From Acidimicrobiaceae bacterium (GTDB lineage: Bacteria; Actinomycetota; Acidimicrobiia; Acidimicrobiales; JACDCH01), in assembly GCA_041166745.1 (NCBI GenBank), contig JBEEGH010000019.1, forward strand, positions 37,594 through 101,593: a DNA stretch of 64,000 bases, in the 5' to 3' direction. The notes under the pieces were generated by a model. The model had not been told where the DNA came from, made no database searches, and saw nothing but the letters and a program-made list of their open reading frames with translations. Made by a program: the position numbers and the translations under genes. Of this stretch, positions 54,318-63,263 are shown in pieces (the first letter of the stretch is position 1; each line of letters starts with the position of its first letter).

Positions 54318-55673
54318 TTACAGCGGGCTGTTGTCGTGCCGTCTGGGCGGGAGGCGCTCCTGCTTGCCTTCGAGCAGCTGCACGGCGGCCACGACCTCGC
54401 GGCGGGTGTCGGCGGGGTCGATCACCGCGTCGATCGAGCCTCGCTCCGCGGCGGGCCACGGGCTGAGCAGCCGATCCTCGTAGTCGAGCTCGAGCTCGGC
54501 GCGCTCCTTCGGGGTGGCCTTGCGATGCAGGATCTCGACCGCACCCTTGGCGCCCATCACCGCGACCTCCGCGCTGGGCCAGGCGAGGTAGAGATCGCTG
54601 CCCATGTCCCGCGAGTCCATCACGATGTACGCACCGCCGTACGCCTTGCGCAGGACGATGGCGACGCGCGGGACTGTCGCCCGCGCGTACGCGAACGCGA
54701 GTTGGGCCCCGTGACGGATCATGCCTCGCCACTCGAGATCCTTGCCCGGGTAGAAGCCGGACGTGTCGATGAGCGTCAGCAGCGGCACGTTGAACGCATC
54801 GCAGAACGAGACGAAGCGCGCGCCCTTCTGCGATGCGGGGATGTCGAGCGTTCCCGCGATCGACTGAGGCTGGTTCGCAACCACACCGATCGGCCGGCCC
54901 GCGACAGTCGCGAACGCGGTCACGAGGTTCGGCGCCCAGCCCGCCCGCAGCTCGAGCAGGTAGCCGTCATCGACGATTGCGCGGATGACGTCGCGCACGT
55001 CGTAGCTTGCGGTGCTCGAGGCCGGGATCAGGGAACGAAGCTCGGGCGTCGACCGATCGGGAGGATCGTCGGTGGCGAGGCGCGGCGGAAGCTCATCGAC
55101 ATGCGACGGCAGCAGAGCGAGGAGCTCGCCGATGGCGTCGAGGGCGGCGTCGAGGTCGGGCACCACCAGCGCTGCAAGCCCGGTCATCGAGGCGTGGACG
55201 CCGGCGCCTCCGAGCTCGTTCGTGTCGACCACGATGCCGGTGATCTCGTGCACCATCTGCGGACCACTGACGAAGGCGTACGCGTCCGAGGTCATCACGA
55301 CGTGATCCGCCAAGCCGAGTAGTAACGCGGGGCCGGACACCGCCGGACCATGCGCGGCCATGAGCACAGGGATCACGCCGGAGCAGATCGTGATGGCCCG
55401 CGCCGCGATTCCCCAACCGAAGCTGGCGGCGAGGCCCTCGGTGACATCGGCGCCGCTCGATGCGATCGTCACGACCAACGGGAGTCGCGCTTCGAGTGCG
55501 TGCATGGCCGCGTCGGCCAACGTTTGGCCGTCGGCCGGAGTGAGCGCGCCAAGTCGGACGGTGGGATCGCAGCGCGCCAGCACCACGGCGCGGTCGCCGA
55601 GCTGGGCGCGTCCCGCGCTCACGGCTCCGTGTACCCCGGCGCGTATCGGAAGGTCGGTCGTACTCACGATCAC
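54318..55673 (-). CDS. acyl-CoA carboxylase carboxyltransferase (beta) subunit-like protein with short N-terminus
   Basis: Contains GRPIGVVANQP, ASQKGARFVSFCDAFNVPLLTLIDTSGFYPG, RKAYGGAYIVM and AAERGSIDAVIDP. The GTG overlaps the LysR stop (GTGA). The upstream part of the 657-aa track ORF is Arg-rich. Confidence 0.8.
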   Translation of the reverse strand: MIVSTTDLPIRAGVHGAVSAGRAQLGDRAVVLARCDPTVRLGALTPADGQTLADAAMHALEARLPLVVTIASSGADVTEGLAASFGWGIAARAITICSGVIPVLMAAHGPAVSGPALLLGLADHVVMTSDAYAFVSGPQMVHEITGIVVDTNELGGAGVHASMTGLAALVVPDLDAALDAIGELLALLPSHVDELPPRLATDDPPDRSTPELRSLIPASSTASYDVRDVIRAIVDDGYLLELRAGWAPNLVTAFATVAGRPIGVVANQPQSIAGTLDIPASQKGARFVSFCDAFNVPLLTLIDTSGFYPGKDLEWRGMIRHGAQLAFAYARATVPRVAIVLRKAYGGAYIVMDSRDMGSDLYLAWPSAEVAVMGAKGAVEILHRKATPKERAELELDYEDRLLSPWPAAERGSIDAVIDPADTRREVVAAVQLLEGKQERLPPRRHDNSPL

Positions 55674-56593
55674 GCGCCGAAGATGCCCGGTTGATGCTCG
55701 GCTTCGGTCGCGATCGTGCGGCGCAGCACCTCGGTGAGGGCGCGAGCAGGCGCCGACGGCAGACCACGACGGCGGCGAACGAGCCCGACGGAGCGACGCG
55801 TGAGACCGTCGACTCCGACGATCTTCCACGTTTGCGGACCGGTCGAGTTCGCGAGGAGGCGAGGCGCCGCGGACGCCGGCAGCACGGCCGCGCCGAAGCC
55901 CTCGAATGCGAGTGACGCGACGAGCCGCATGCCATCGACTTCGGCCTTCGTCGTGAGGGTCACTCCCGCGACACTTGCCTGCGCGTCGAGGTCGTCGCGG
56001 AAAGCGGTGCCCGGGGGTTCGAGCAGCAAGTCGTGCTCGGCGAGCTGCGCGAGCGTTACGCGCTCCTCCGCCGCGAGCGGATGATCGAGCGGTGCGATGA
56101 CCAACAGCTCCTCTTCGAACAGCAGATCGGAATCGACATCGGGATCGTGGACCGGCAGTGCGAGTACCGCCAGGTCGAGCTGGCCGCTGTGGACTTGTGG
56201 GAGCAGCGAGGTCGTGGTGGCGTCGACGACGACCACCCGCACGAGCGGATACTCGACGGCCATGGCTTCGAGCAGCGGCGGTACGAGCCACCGGGCGGTC
56301 GTTCCGATCACGCCGACGCGTGCCACGCCGGTGATCTCACTGTTCACCGCGGCGACGTCGGCGACGAGGGCTTCGAGCTCCAGTTGGATCCGTCGTCCTC
56401 GGCTCACGACCGCCTCACCTTCGGCGGTGAGGGTGCCGGTGGCCCGGTCCACGAGGGTGACCCCGAGCTCGCGCTCGAGCCGGGCGACGTGGGTCGACAC
56501 GTTGGATTGCACGGTGTGCAGGGAGCGGGCCGCCGCCGAGAACGAGCGGTGGTCGGCCACGGCGACGAGGGCGCCCAGCTGCCGGAGGTCCAT
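55670..56593 (-). CDS. LysR-family transcriptional regulator
   Basis: N-terminus MDLRQLGALVAVADHRSFSAAARSLHTVQSNVSTHVARLERELGVTLVDR, followed by a LysR substrate-binding domain. Confidence 0.9.
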   Translation of the reverse strand: MDLRQLGALVAVADHRSFSAAARSLHTVQSNVSTHVARLERELGVTLVDRATGTLTAEGEAVVSRGRRIQLELEALVADVAAVNSEITGVARVGVIGTTARWLVPPLLEAMAVEYPLVRVVVVDATTTSLLPQVHSGQLDLAVLALPVHDPDVDSDLLFEEELLVIAPLDHPLAAEERVTLAQLAEHDLLLEPPGTAFRDDLDAQASVAGVTLTTKAEVDGMRLVASLAFEGFGAAVLPASAAPRLLANSTGPQTWKIVGVDGLTRRSVGLVRRRRGLPSAPARALTEVLRRTIATEAEHQPGIFGA

Positions 56594-56717
56594 CGCCAGA
56601 CATGATGGCAGCTATCGACAACAACTGTTGGACAGATCGCCACCCCCAAGGGAGGATGACCCGTAACAAGACGCCGAGCGTCGCAACCTCTCCCCCCGGG
56701 GTTCCGCTCGAGCACAA

Positions 56718-56757
56718 GGAAGAGACCGGCAGCCCCCCGCCGGTCTCTTCCAGTTTT
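56718..56757 (+). terminator. strong intrinsic terminator-like hairpin with no annotated upstream gene on its strand
   Basis: GGAAGAGACCGGC-AGCCCCCC-GCCGGTCTCTTCC forms a perfect 13-bp stem, followed by AGTTTTC. It lies 22 nt before the HAD/PlsC start codon. Confidence 0.6.
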
Positions 56758-56778
56758 CGACAGGACTAGGTTGCCCCT

Positions 56779-58203
56779 ATGGGTCGTGAGGCTGCGTTCT
56801 TCGATCTGGATCGCACGCTGCTGCGAGGAGCAAGCGGGCCGGTCATCAGCGACGCGCTGAAGCAGGTCGGCTTGATGAGCGATCGGAGCATTCCGGGCGA
56901 AGCGCTCGTGTACCGCATCTTCGACCTCGTGGGCGAGAGCCGGCCGACGATGCAGCTGGCCCGCCAGGCGGCTCGGTTTGCAAAGGGTTGGACGCGTGAG
57001 CAGGCGCAAGAGGCCGGCCGGATCGCCGCGGAGACGCTGACCGCAGCGGTGCAGCCGTTTGCCGCGCCGCTCATCGCCGAGCATCACGCCGCCGGCCGGC
57101 AAGTGGTCCTCGCGACCACGACCCCGTACGACTTGGTGAAGCCGTTGGCCGATGCGCTCGGGCTCGATGCTGTGATCGCGACGCGCTACGGCGAGAGCGA
57201 GGGCAGGTACGACGGCACGATCAACGGCGAGTTCGTGTGGGGCAAGGGCAAGTTGCGCGCGGTGCAGGCGTGGGCCGCGGAGCACGACGTTTCGATGATC
57301 GACTCGTTCGCGTACTCGGACAGTTGGTATGACGCGCCGCTGCTCTCGGCCGTCGGGCACCCGCACGCCGTGAACCCTGATCCGCGCTTGATGGTGCGAG
57401 CGGTCCTTCAGCGCTGGCCGGTCCTGCATCTCGACGTGCCGAGTGGGATACCGAAGGTGCTCGGCATCGAACCGCAGCAGGTGCTGATGGCATCGGCGCA
57501 TCCCTTGCTGGTTCCGTATGCGCGCTTCGACATCAGCGGCACGGAGAACATCCCGGAAGCAGGTGGCGCCATCGTCGTCGGCAACCACCGCAGCTATTTC
57601 GACCCGATGGCGATGGGACTCGCGCTTGCCCAGCGCGGTCGTCCGGTGCGGTTCCTCGGCAAGAAGGAAGTGTTCGATGCTCCCGTCGTGGGGCAGTTGG
57701 CGAAGGCGTTCGGCGGTATCCGGGTCGATCGTGGCACCGGTTCCGACGAGCCGTTGTTGGCCGCGGCCGATGCGCTGCGCGGCGGTCAGATCGTGGCGAT
57801 GATGCCGCAGGGCACGATCCCGCGAGGCGAGGCGTTCTTCGATCCCGTCCTGAAGGGACGATGGGGCGCCGCTCGACTCGCGCAGATGACCGGCGCGACG
57901 GTCGTTCCCGTCGGGCTGTGGGGCACCGAACGCGTGTGGCCGCGCAGCAGCCGCCTACCGAACGTGTTGAACATCACGAATCCGCCGTTGGTGACGGTGC
58001 GCGTCGGTCCGCCGGTGAAGCTCGTCGGCAAGAGCCTGGATGCCGACACGAAGCGAATCATGTCGGCCATCGTCGACCTGCTGCCGCCGGAGGCGCGCCA
58101 GAAGCGAACGCCGACGGAGGAAGAGCTCGCTCGGAGCTATCCATCGGGCAAGGCGCCGAACGACGGCGCGAGCGAGCACGAGCGCCGCCCCGGCACCGAC
58201 TGA
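56779..58203 (+). CDS. HAD-IB hydrolase / lysophospholipid (PlsC-type) acyltransferase fusion protein
   Basis: N-terminal AAFFDLDRTLL is the HAD motif I. GNHRSYFDP (HX4D) and MMPQGT are acyltransferase motifs. Confidence 0.85.
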   Translation: MGREAAFFDLDRTLLRGASGPVISDALKQVGLMSDRSIPGEALVYRIFDLVGESRPTMQLARQAARFAKGWTREQAQEAGRIAAETLTAAVQPFAAPLIAEHHAAGRQVVLATTTPYDLVKPLADALGLDAVIATRYGESEGRYDGTINGEFVWGKGKLRAVQAWAAEHDVSMIDSFAYSDSWYDAPLLSAVGHPHAVNPDPRLMVRAVLQRWPVLHLDVPSGIPKVLGIEPQQVLMASAHPLLVPYARFDISGTENIPEAGGAIVVGNHRSYFDPMAMGLALAQRGRPVRFLGKKEVFDAPVVGQLAKAFGGIRVDRGTGSDEPLLAAADALRGGQIVAMMPQGTIPRGEAFFDPVLKGRWGAARLAQMTGATVVPVGLWGTERVWPRSSRLPNVLNITNPPLVTVRVGPPVKLVGKSLDADTKRIMSAIVDLLPPEARQKRTPTEEELARSYPSGKAPNDGASEHERRPGTD

Positions 58204-58214
58204 TTGTTGGGAGA

Positions 58215-58727
58215 TCAGTCTCCGGTGGTGCCGTCGATTCGTTCGCGGAGGAGGTCGGCGTGGCCGTTGTGGCGGGCGTACTCCTCGATCATGTGGACCA
58301 TGATCCAGCGCAGCGACACTGGCCCGTTTGCGCCGCGCTCGATGGCGCCGTTCTCGTCGAGCGACCCTGCGGCGGCTTCGGCCTCGCGGCAGCGCTCGAG
58401 CGTTTCGTAGAACATCGCCATCTCTTCGTCGAACTTCGACGGGTCGATCGTGTCGAAGTCGCCGTCGGGATCGTCATCGCTGTAGTACAGCGGGGGAGCG
58501 GTCTCGCCCGCGAAGATCCGCAGGAACCAGGCGCGCTCGACCTCGGTCATGTGGCGAACCAGACCGAGGAGCGACATCGTCGACGGGGGCACGGACCGCT
58601 CGGCGAGCTGTTCGGGCGTCAGACCATCGCATTTCAACACGAGTGTCTCGCGGTGGTACTCGAGCCAGGAGCGCAGCATGTCGCGCTCGTTCAGCCCCGT
58701 GAGCGGTGGATCGGTTCGCGTCGTCAT
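58215..58727 (-). CDS. DinB-family / DUF664 (mycothiol-transferase-like) protein
   Basis: Contains LGLVRHMTEVERAWF and MIEEYARHNGHADLLRERIDG. The ATG overlaps the upstream stop (ATGA). Confidence 0.8.
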   Translation of the reverse strand: MTTRTDPPLTGLNERDMLRSWLEYHRETLVLKCDGLTPEQLAERSVPPSTMSLLGLVRHMTEVERAWFLRIFAGETAPPLYYSDDDPDGDFDTIDPSKFDEEMAMFYETLERCREAEAAAGSLDENGAIERGANGPVSLRWIMVHMIEEYARHNGHADLLRERIDGTTGD

Positions 58728-59269
58728 GGTGCAGCCACACTGTTTGCCACTCGCTGGACAATAGGACGCCACCGACCGAGCCCATCGACCTTTGCGCCGG
58801 GGTCCTTCGCTCGCTCGTCGCACCGCCGCAACGACAACGCGTCGGCAAGATGGGGATTCGACTCGAGGACCAGGCGCTCGTCGTCGGAGAGGTCGCCGCC
58901 CTGCCGATCGAGGCTGATCGTGCTGCCGTCGCTCAGGCGGTCGCGGTAGGAGGGGTCGACGGTGATCAGGTACCGCTTCGCCGGCACGTGCAATTCCACG
59001 AGCGCGGCCACCCGCTCGCCGAGCAATCCCCGCACCGCGTCCGCGGCAATCACCCCATGCGCCTTCGATGCGCCGGGAGAGAGGCGATGACCGACGTCGT
59101 GCACCAATCCGGCAACTTGCAGCGCCTCGTCGTCGGGAAACTGCTCAGCCAGCAGAGCAGCACATTGCAGGCCGTGGTCGAGCACCGGCAATGGGTCGCC
59201 GTCGTCGTCGAGTGAGTCGTAGAACCCCGCGCACCGCTCGAGCAACGCGAACAGTTCTCGGACGGTCAC
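58724..59269 (-). CDS. HD-domain protein
   Basis: Contains LDHGLQCAALL and AGLVHDVGH. The start is set at GTG 59269. The upstream part of the 382-aa track ORF is antisense to the aconitase gene and Arg-rich. Confidence 0.65.
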   Translation of the reverse strand: MTVRELFALLERCAGFYDSLDDDGDPLPVLDHGLQCAALLAEQFPDDEALQVAGLVHDVGHRLSPGASKAHGVIAADAVRGLLGERVAALVELHVPAKRYLITVDPSYRDRLSDGSTISLDRQGGDLSDDERLVLESNPHLADALSLRRCDERAKDPGAKVDGLGRWRPIVQRVANSVAAP

Positions 59270-59300
59270 GCTGGCCTCACGCTGGCTCTCACGCTGGCCT
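59267..59300. repeat. about 2.9 tandem copies of a 12-nt unit (GCCAGCGTGAGR on the minus strand)
   Basis: The plus strand reads CACGCTGGCCTCACGCTGGCTCTCACGCTGGCCT. It fills the gap between the aconitase stop (59299-59301) and the HD-gene start. Confidence 0.7.
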
Positions 59301-61569
59301 AGCCGGTCTGCTTGGCCCGGATGATGTTGAGCGCGCCGCCGGCGTGGAACCACTCGATCTGCTCGGGGCTGAACGTCTGCACGCACTCGAAGTCGACCGT
59401 CGAGCCGTCGGGCTTCGTGATGCGACATTGCACCGGCTTGTCGGGGGCCAGCGACGACAACCCGAGTACGGAGATGCGATCGTCCTCCCCGATGGCGTCG
59501 TACGTCGCGGGGTCGGCGAAGGTCAACGGCAGAAGACCCTGCTTCTTGGCGTTCGTCTCGTGGATACGGGCGAAGCTGCGGGCGAAGATCACCACGGCGT
59601 TGCGATAGCGCGGCTCCATGGCGGCGTGCTCCCGCGACGAACCCTCGCCGTAGTTCTCGTCGCCGACGGCGCACCACTGCACACCGCTCTCGGCGAGATG
59701 CTTCGCGATGTCGGGGAAGGACCGGGTGCTGCCGTCGATCGGATCCTTGCCTTCGCCGGTTGCGCCGGTGAACGCGTTGATCACGCCGAGGAAGAGGTTC
59801 CCCGAGATGTTCTCGAGATGACCTCGGTAGCGCAACCACGGACCGGCCGCGGAGATGTGGTCGGTGGTGCACTTGCCTTTCGCCTTCATCAGCACCGGCA
59901 GGTCGATGTAGTCGTTGCCGTCCCAGACCGGGAAGGGCTCGAGCAGTTGCAGGCGCTCTGACGTCGGCGACACCAGGATCTCGATCGCCGCCTTCTCGGA
60001 GGCGTCAGGCGGGGGGGCCTGGAAGCCGGACTCTCCAGGATCGAAGCCACGAGACGGCAGGTCCTCGCCAACGGGCGGGTCGAGCTTGATCCCATTGAGC
60101 TCGTCGGTGATCGGATTGAACTCGAGCGTGCCCGCGAGCGCGTACGCGATGACCATGTCGGGTGATGTGACGAACGCCTTCGTGTTCGCGTTGCCGTCGT
60201 TGCGCTTCGGGAAATTGCGGTTGTAGCTGTTGACGATCGTGTTCACCTTCGACGGATCCAGATCCGTGCGATCCCATTGACCGATGCAGGGGCCACAGGC
60301 ATTGGCCAATACGGTCCCGCCGATCGCTTCCAGGTCGGCGAGCAGACCGTCGCGCTCGATCGTGGCGCGTACCTGCTCTGAACCCGGCGTGATGAGCAAC
60401 TGCACCTTCGACCGCAGCCCTTTTGCCGACGCCTGTCGAGCGATCGACGCGGCGCGGGTGATGTCCTCGTACGACGAGTTCGTGCACGAACCGACCAGCG
60501 CCGAGGAGATCGCGGTGGGCACACCGTTGGCCTTTGCCCACGTGCCGACCTCGGAGATGGCGTGGGCGAGATCAGGCGTGTCGGGCCCATTGATCAACGG
60601 CAGCAGCGTGGACAGGTCGATCTCGACGACCCGATCGAAGAACTGCTCGGGGTCGAGCTCGATCTCCGGATCGGCGCGTAACTGGTTGGCGACCGCGTCG
60701 GCCGCGTCGGCGATCGCTTCGCGACCGGTGGCCTTCAGGTACGCCGCCATGTTGGCGTCGTAGGGGAACACCGAAGTCGTCGCGCCGATCTCGGCGCCCA
60801 TGTTGCAGATCGTGCCCTTCCCGGTCGCAGTGATCGTGTCGGCGCCCGGGCCGAAGTACTCGATGATCGCGCCAGTACCGCCGCTGACGGTGAGGATCTC
60901 GGCGACCCTGAGGATCACGTCCTTCGGGGAGCTCCAGCCCGAGAGCGAACCGGTGAGGTGGACACCGATGACCTTCGGCCAACGGACGTTGAACGGAAAT
61001 CCGGTCATGACGTCGACGGCGTCGGCGCCACCCACCCCGATGGCCACCATGCCGAGCCCGCCGGCGTTCGGTGTGTGGCTGTCGGTGCCGATCATCATCC
61101 CGCCGGGGAAGGCGTAGTTCTCGAGGACGACTTGGTGGATGATGCCCGAGCCGGGCTTCCAGAAGCCGATGCCGTATTTGGCCGACACCGATCGCAGGAA
61201 GTCGTAGACCTCGGAGTTCACGTCGAGCGCGAACTTCAGGTCGATGTTGGCCTCGACCCGCGCTTGGATCAGATGGTCGCAGTGCACGGTGGACGGCACC
61301 GCGACCTCGGGCAAGCCGGCCGTCATGAACTGCAGAAGTGCCATCTGCGCGGTGGCGTCCTGCATCGCGACCCGATCGGGTTCGAAGTCGGCGTAGCTAC
61401 GCCCTCGTTCGAGCGTCTGGCTTTGGGCGTCACGCAGATGGTTGACGAGGATCTTCTCCGTCAGCGTCATCGGCCGGCCGAGACGGGAACGGCCGAGCGC
61501 CACCCGATCGTCGAGGCGGTCGTAGACCTGTTCCACCAACGAGAGGGGGGTTCCAGCCGTGACTGCCAT
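59299..61569 (-). CDS. acn: aconitate hydratase (about 750-aa, mitochondrial-type architecture)
   Basis: Contains [25 protein letters not shown] and [11 protein letters not shown] (Fe-S cluster ligand regions). GAGGAG lies 6 nt upstream of the ATG. Confidence 0.9.
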   Translation of the reverse strand: MAVTAGTPLSLVEQVYDRLDDRVALGRSRLGRPMTLTEKILVNHLRDAQSQTLERGRSYADFEPDRVAMQDATAQMALLQFMTAGLPEVAVPSTVHCDHLIQARVEANIDLKFALDVNSEVYDFLRSVSAKYGIGFWKPGSGIIHQVVLENYAFPGGMMIGTDSHTPNAGGLGMVAIGVGGADAVDVMTGFPFNVRWPKVIGVHLTGSLSGWSSPKDVILRVAEILTVSGGTGAIIEYFGPGADTITATGKGTICNMGAEIGATTSVFPYDANMAAYLKATGREAIADAADAVANQLRADPEIELDPEQFFDRVVEIDLSTLLPLINGPDTPDLAHAISEVGTWAKANGVPTAISSALVGSCTNSSYEDITRAASIARQASAKGLRSKVQLLITPGSEQVRATIERDGLLADLEAIGGTVLANACGPCIGQWDRTDLDPSKVNTIVNSYNRNFPKRNDGNANTKAFVTSPDMVIAYALAGTLEFNPITDELNGIKLDPPVGEDLPSRGFDPGESGFQAPPPDASEKAAIEILVSPTSERLQLLEPFPVWDGNDYIDLPVLMKAKGKCTTDHISAAGPWLRYRGHLENISGNLFLGVINAFTGATGEGKDPIDGSTRSFPDIAKHLAESGVQWCAVGDENYGEGSSREHAAMEPRYRNAVVIFARSFARIHETNAKKQGLLPLTFADPATYDAIGEDDRISVLGLSSLAPDKPVQCRITKPDGSTVDFECVQTFSPEQIEWFHAGGALNIIRAKQTG

Positions 61570-61596
61570 CGGAGCTCCTCAATGCTTGACGAACAG

Positions 61597-61622
61597 CTTG
61601 TAGTAGACAAGTCTACTACAAG
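61597..61622. promoter_or_regulatory. 12-2-12 perfect inverted repeat CTTGTAGTAGAC-AA-GTCTACTACAAG (candidate GntR/HutC-type operator)
   Basis: Read directly. It sits in the 52-nt gap between the divergent acn and gntR genes and abuts the GTG start of the GntR gene. TTGACG lies at 61586-61591. Confidence 0.5.
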
Positions 61623-62353
61623 TGAGATCAGCCCGCTACCGAGAAATCGCCGGCGACCTCCGCCGCCAACTGGTGGCGGGGGACCTCGGTCCCGGACGCC
61701 TTCTGCCCAGCGAAGCCGAACTCGGCGCAGCCTACGCGGCCAGTCGCGTGACCGTCCGCAAGGCCCTCGAGCTGTTGCGTGACGAGGGGTTGCTCACCTC
61801 TCGGCAGGGCGTCGGCTGGCAACCAGCGCTCGACCCGTTGCGTCAGACGCTCGGCCGGCTCGGCACGATCGAGGCGCAGCTCACCGACGCGGGGATCGCA
61901 TCGACGCGCCGGATCCTCGACTTCGGTTTCGTGACCGCTCCGGCGCGCGTGCGGCGGGTGCTCGACGCTCGGCGCGTCTTGGAAGTGCGGAGGCTGAACC
62001 TCGCGGATGACGCGCCCTTCGCCCGGGTGACCGTGTGGTGTGACGAGCGACTCGGGCGGCAGCTCTCGCTCGATGATGTCGAGCGGTCGTCGTTCTACGA
62101 GTTGCTCGACGTGGAGCTCGGCGGCGCGACGCAGACGATCGGCGCCGCTGGAGCGACCAAGAGTGATGCCGAGTTGCTCGGCGTCGCCGCCGGGTCGCCC
62201 GTGCTGCTCTGTGTCCGCGTCACGAGCGACCGCGCCGGTCGGGCCGTCTTGATGAGCGAGCACGTCTTCCCGGCCCACCGCACGGAGTTCGTCGTCGACC
62301 TGGCCCACGTCGAGCGCTCGATCGCTCCGAATGGCCTACGTCTCGTGGAGTAG
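61622..62353 (+). CDS. GntR-family transcriptional regulator (HutC/UTRA subfamily)
   Basis: Contains LPSEAELGAAYAASRVTVRKALELLRDEGLLTSRQGVG (winged HTH) plus a UTRA-like C-terminal domain. Confidence 0.85.
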   Translation: MRSARYREIAGDLRRQLVAGDLGPGRLLPSEAELGAAYAASRVTVRKALELLRDEGLLTSRQGVGWQPALDPLRQTLGRLGTIEAQLTDAGIASTRRILDFGFVTAPARVRRVLDARRVLEVRRLNLADDAPFARVTVWCDERLGRQLSLDDVERSSFYELLDVELGGATQTIGAAGATKSDAELLGVAAGSPVLLCVRVTSDRAGRAVLMSEHVFPAHRTEFVVDLAHVERSIAPNGLRLVE

Positions 62354-62387
62354 CAGACGCGCCGGATGTGCGGGAACTAGCCACGAT

Positions 62388-62409
62388 GGGGTGTACAAAT
62401 CACCCCTTT
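62388..62409 (+). terminator. possible intrinsic terminator after the GntR gene
   Basis: GGGGTG-TACAAAT-CACCCC is followed by only TTT, a weak U-tract. Confidence 0.35.
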
Positions 62410-62435
62410 GAGCCATGGTCGTAGTGCCTCATATT
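62408..62435 (+). promoter_or_regulatory. possible sigma70-like promoter for the histidine kinase gene
   Basis: TTGAGC, a 16-nt spacer, then CATATT, within a visibly less GC-rich 120-nt intergenic stretch. Confidence 0.25.
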
Positions 62436-62474
62436 TCGTAGGTTCCTTCGAGACGGACCATCCAGGTTGGGGGG

Positions 62475-63260
62475 ATGGGATGCATGTCGGTCCTCTTGGG
62501 CAGCTGGAGCGACGGGCGGGTGAACACTGGAATGACGAATGCCGAGATCCGGGACCGTTTGGAGCAGGACAACGCGGAACTCGCGCGTTCGAACCGCGAG
62601 CTGGAGGAGTTTGCGTACGTCGCGTCGCACGACCTGAAGTCTCCGTTGCTCGTCGTGACGGGATTCCTCGAGCTCTTGCACACCACAAAGGGCCAGCAGC
62701 TCGACGATGACGCTCGCATGTACGTCGACGCCGCACTTCGCGGTGCCGCGCGCATGGAGCAGCTGATCGACGACCTCCTCACGTTCTCACGCGTTGGTCG
62801 CAACGATCACAATCGCCAACTGGTCGACCTCGACGCGATCGTCGGGCAGCTCGTGGTCGACTGGGACGGCGCCGTGCGCGAAGCGTGTGCCGTGGTGCAG
62901 GTGGATTCGCTGCCGTCCGTGTTGGGGGACACAACGCTGCTGAGACAGTTGTTCGAGAACCTGTTCAGCAACGCCCTGAAGTTCCGGCGTCCGGGCGTCG
63001 ACCCGGTCATCGAGATCGCCGCCGAACGCCGCCGCGGCGAATGGCTGGTGAGGGTCTGCGACAACGGAATCGGCGTACCGCACGAACACCGCGAGTCCAT
63101 CTTCACGATGTTCTCGCGGCTAGCGCCCGCGACCGAGCGTCCTGGCTCGGGTATCGGCCTGGCCATCTGTCACCGCGTGGTGCAGGCGCACGGCGGGCGG
63201 CTGTGGGTCGAAGACGGCAGCGCCGGCGGTGCGCAGCTCTGCTTCACGCTGCCCGCCTGA
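62475..63260 (+). CDS. cytoplasmic sensor histidine kinase (HisKA + HATPase_c) without a recognisable input domain
   Basis: H-box is FAYVASHDLKSPL, N-box LFSNALKF, with DNGIGV and GSGIGLAIC (G1/G2). Only a short coiled-coil-like N-terminus is present. ATG 62532 is an alternative start. Confidence 0.8.
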   Translation: MGCMSVLLGSWSDGRVNTGMTNAEIRDRLEQDNAELARSNRELEEFAYVASHDLKSPLLVVTGFLELLHTTKGQQLDDDARMYVDAALRGAARMEQLIDDLLTFSRVGRNDHNRQLVDLDAIVGQLVVDWDGAVREACAVVQVDSLPSVLGDTTLLRQLFENLFSNALKFRRPGVDPVIEIAAERRRGEWLVRVCDNGIGVPHEHRESIFTMFSRLAPATERPGSGIGLAICHRVVQAHGGRLWVEDGSAGGAQLCFTLPA

Positions 63261-63263
63261 CAG

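Noticed and set aside
56656-56769. 37-codon ORF (MTRNKTPSVATSPPGVPLEHKEETGSPPPVSSSFRQD) after AAGGGAGG
   Set aside because: The Shine-Dalgarno-like GGGAGG abuts the ATG with no spacer. The ORF runs straight through the 13-bp terminator stem. An RNA-level function fits better, though a leader peptide cannot be fully excluded.
56404-57588. 394-aa minus-strand ORF
   Set aside because: It is antisense to the HAD/PlsC gene and crosses the intergenic terminator hairpin and the LysR 5' end. The sequence is Arg/His-rich and has no motifs.
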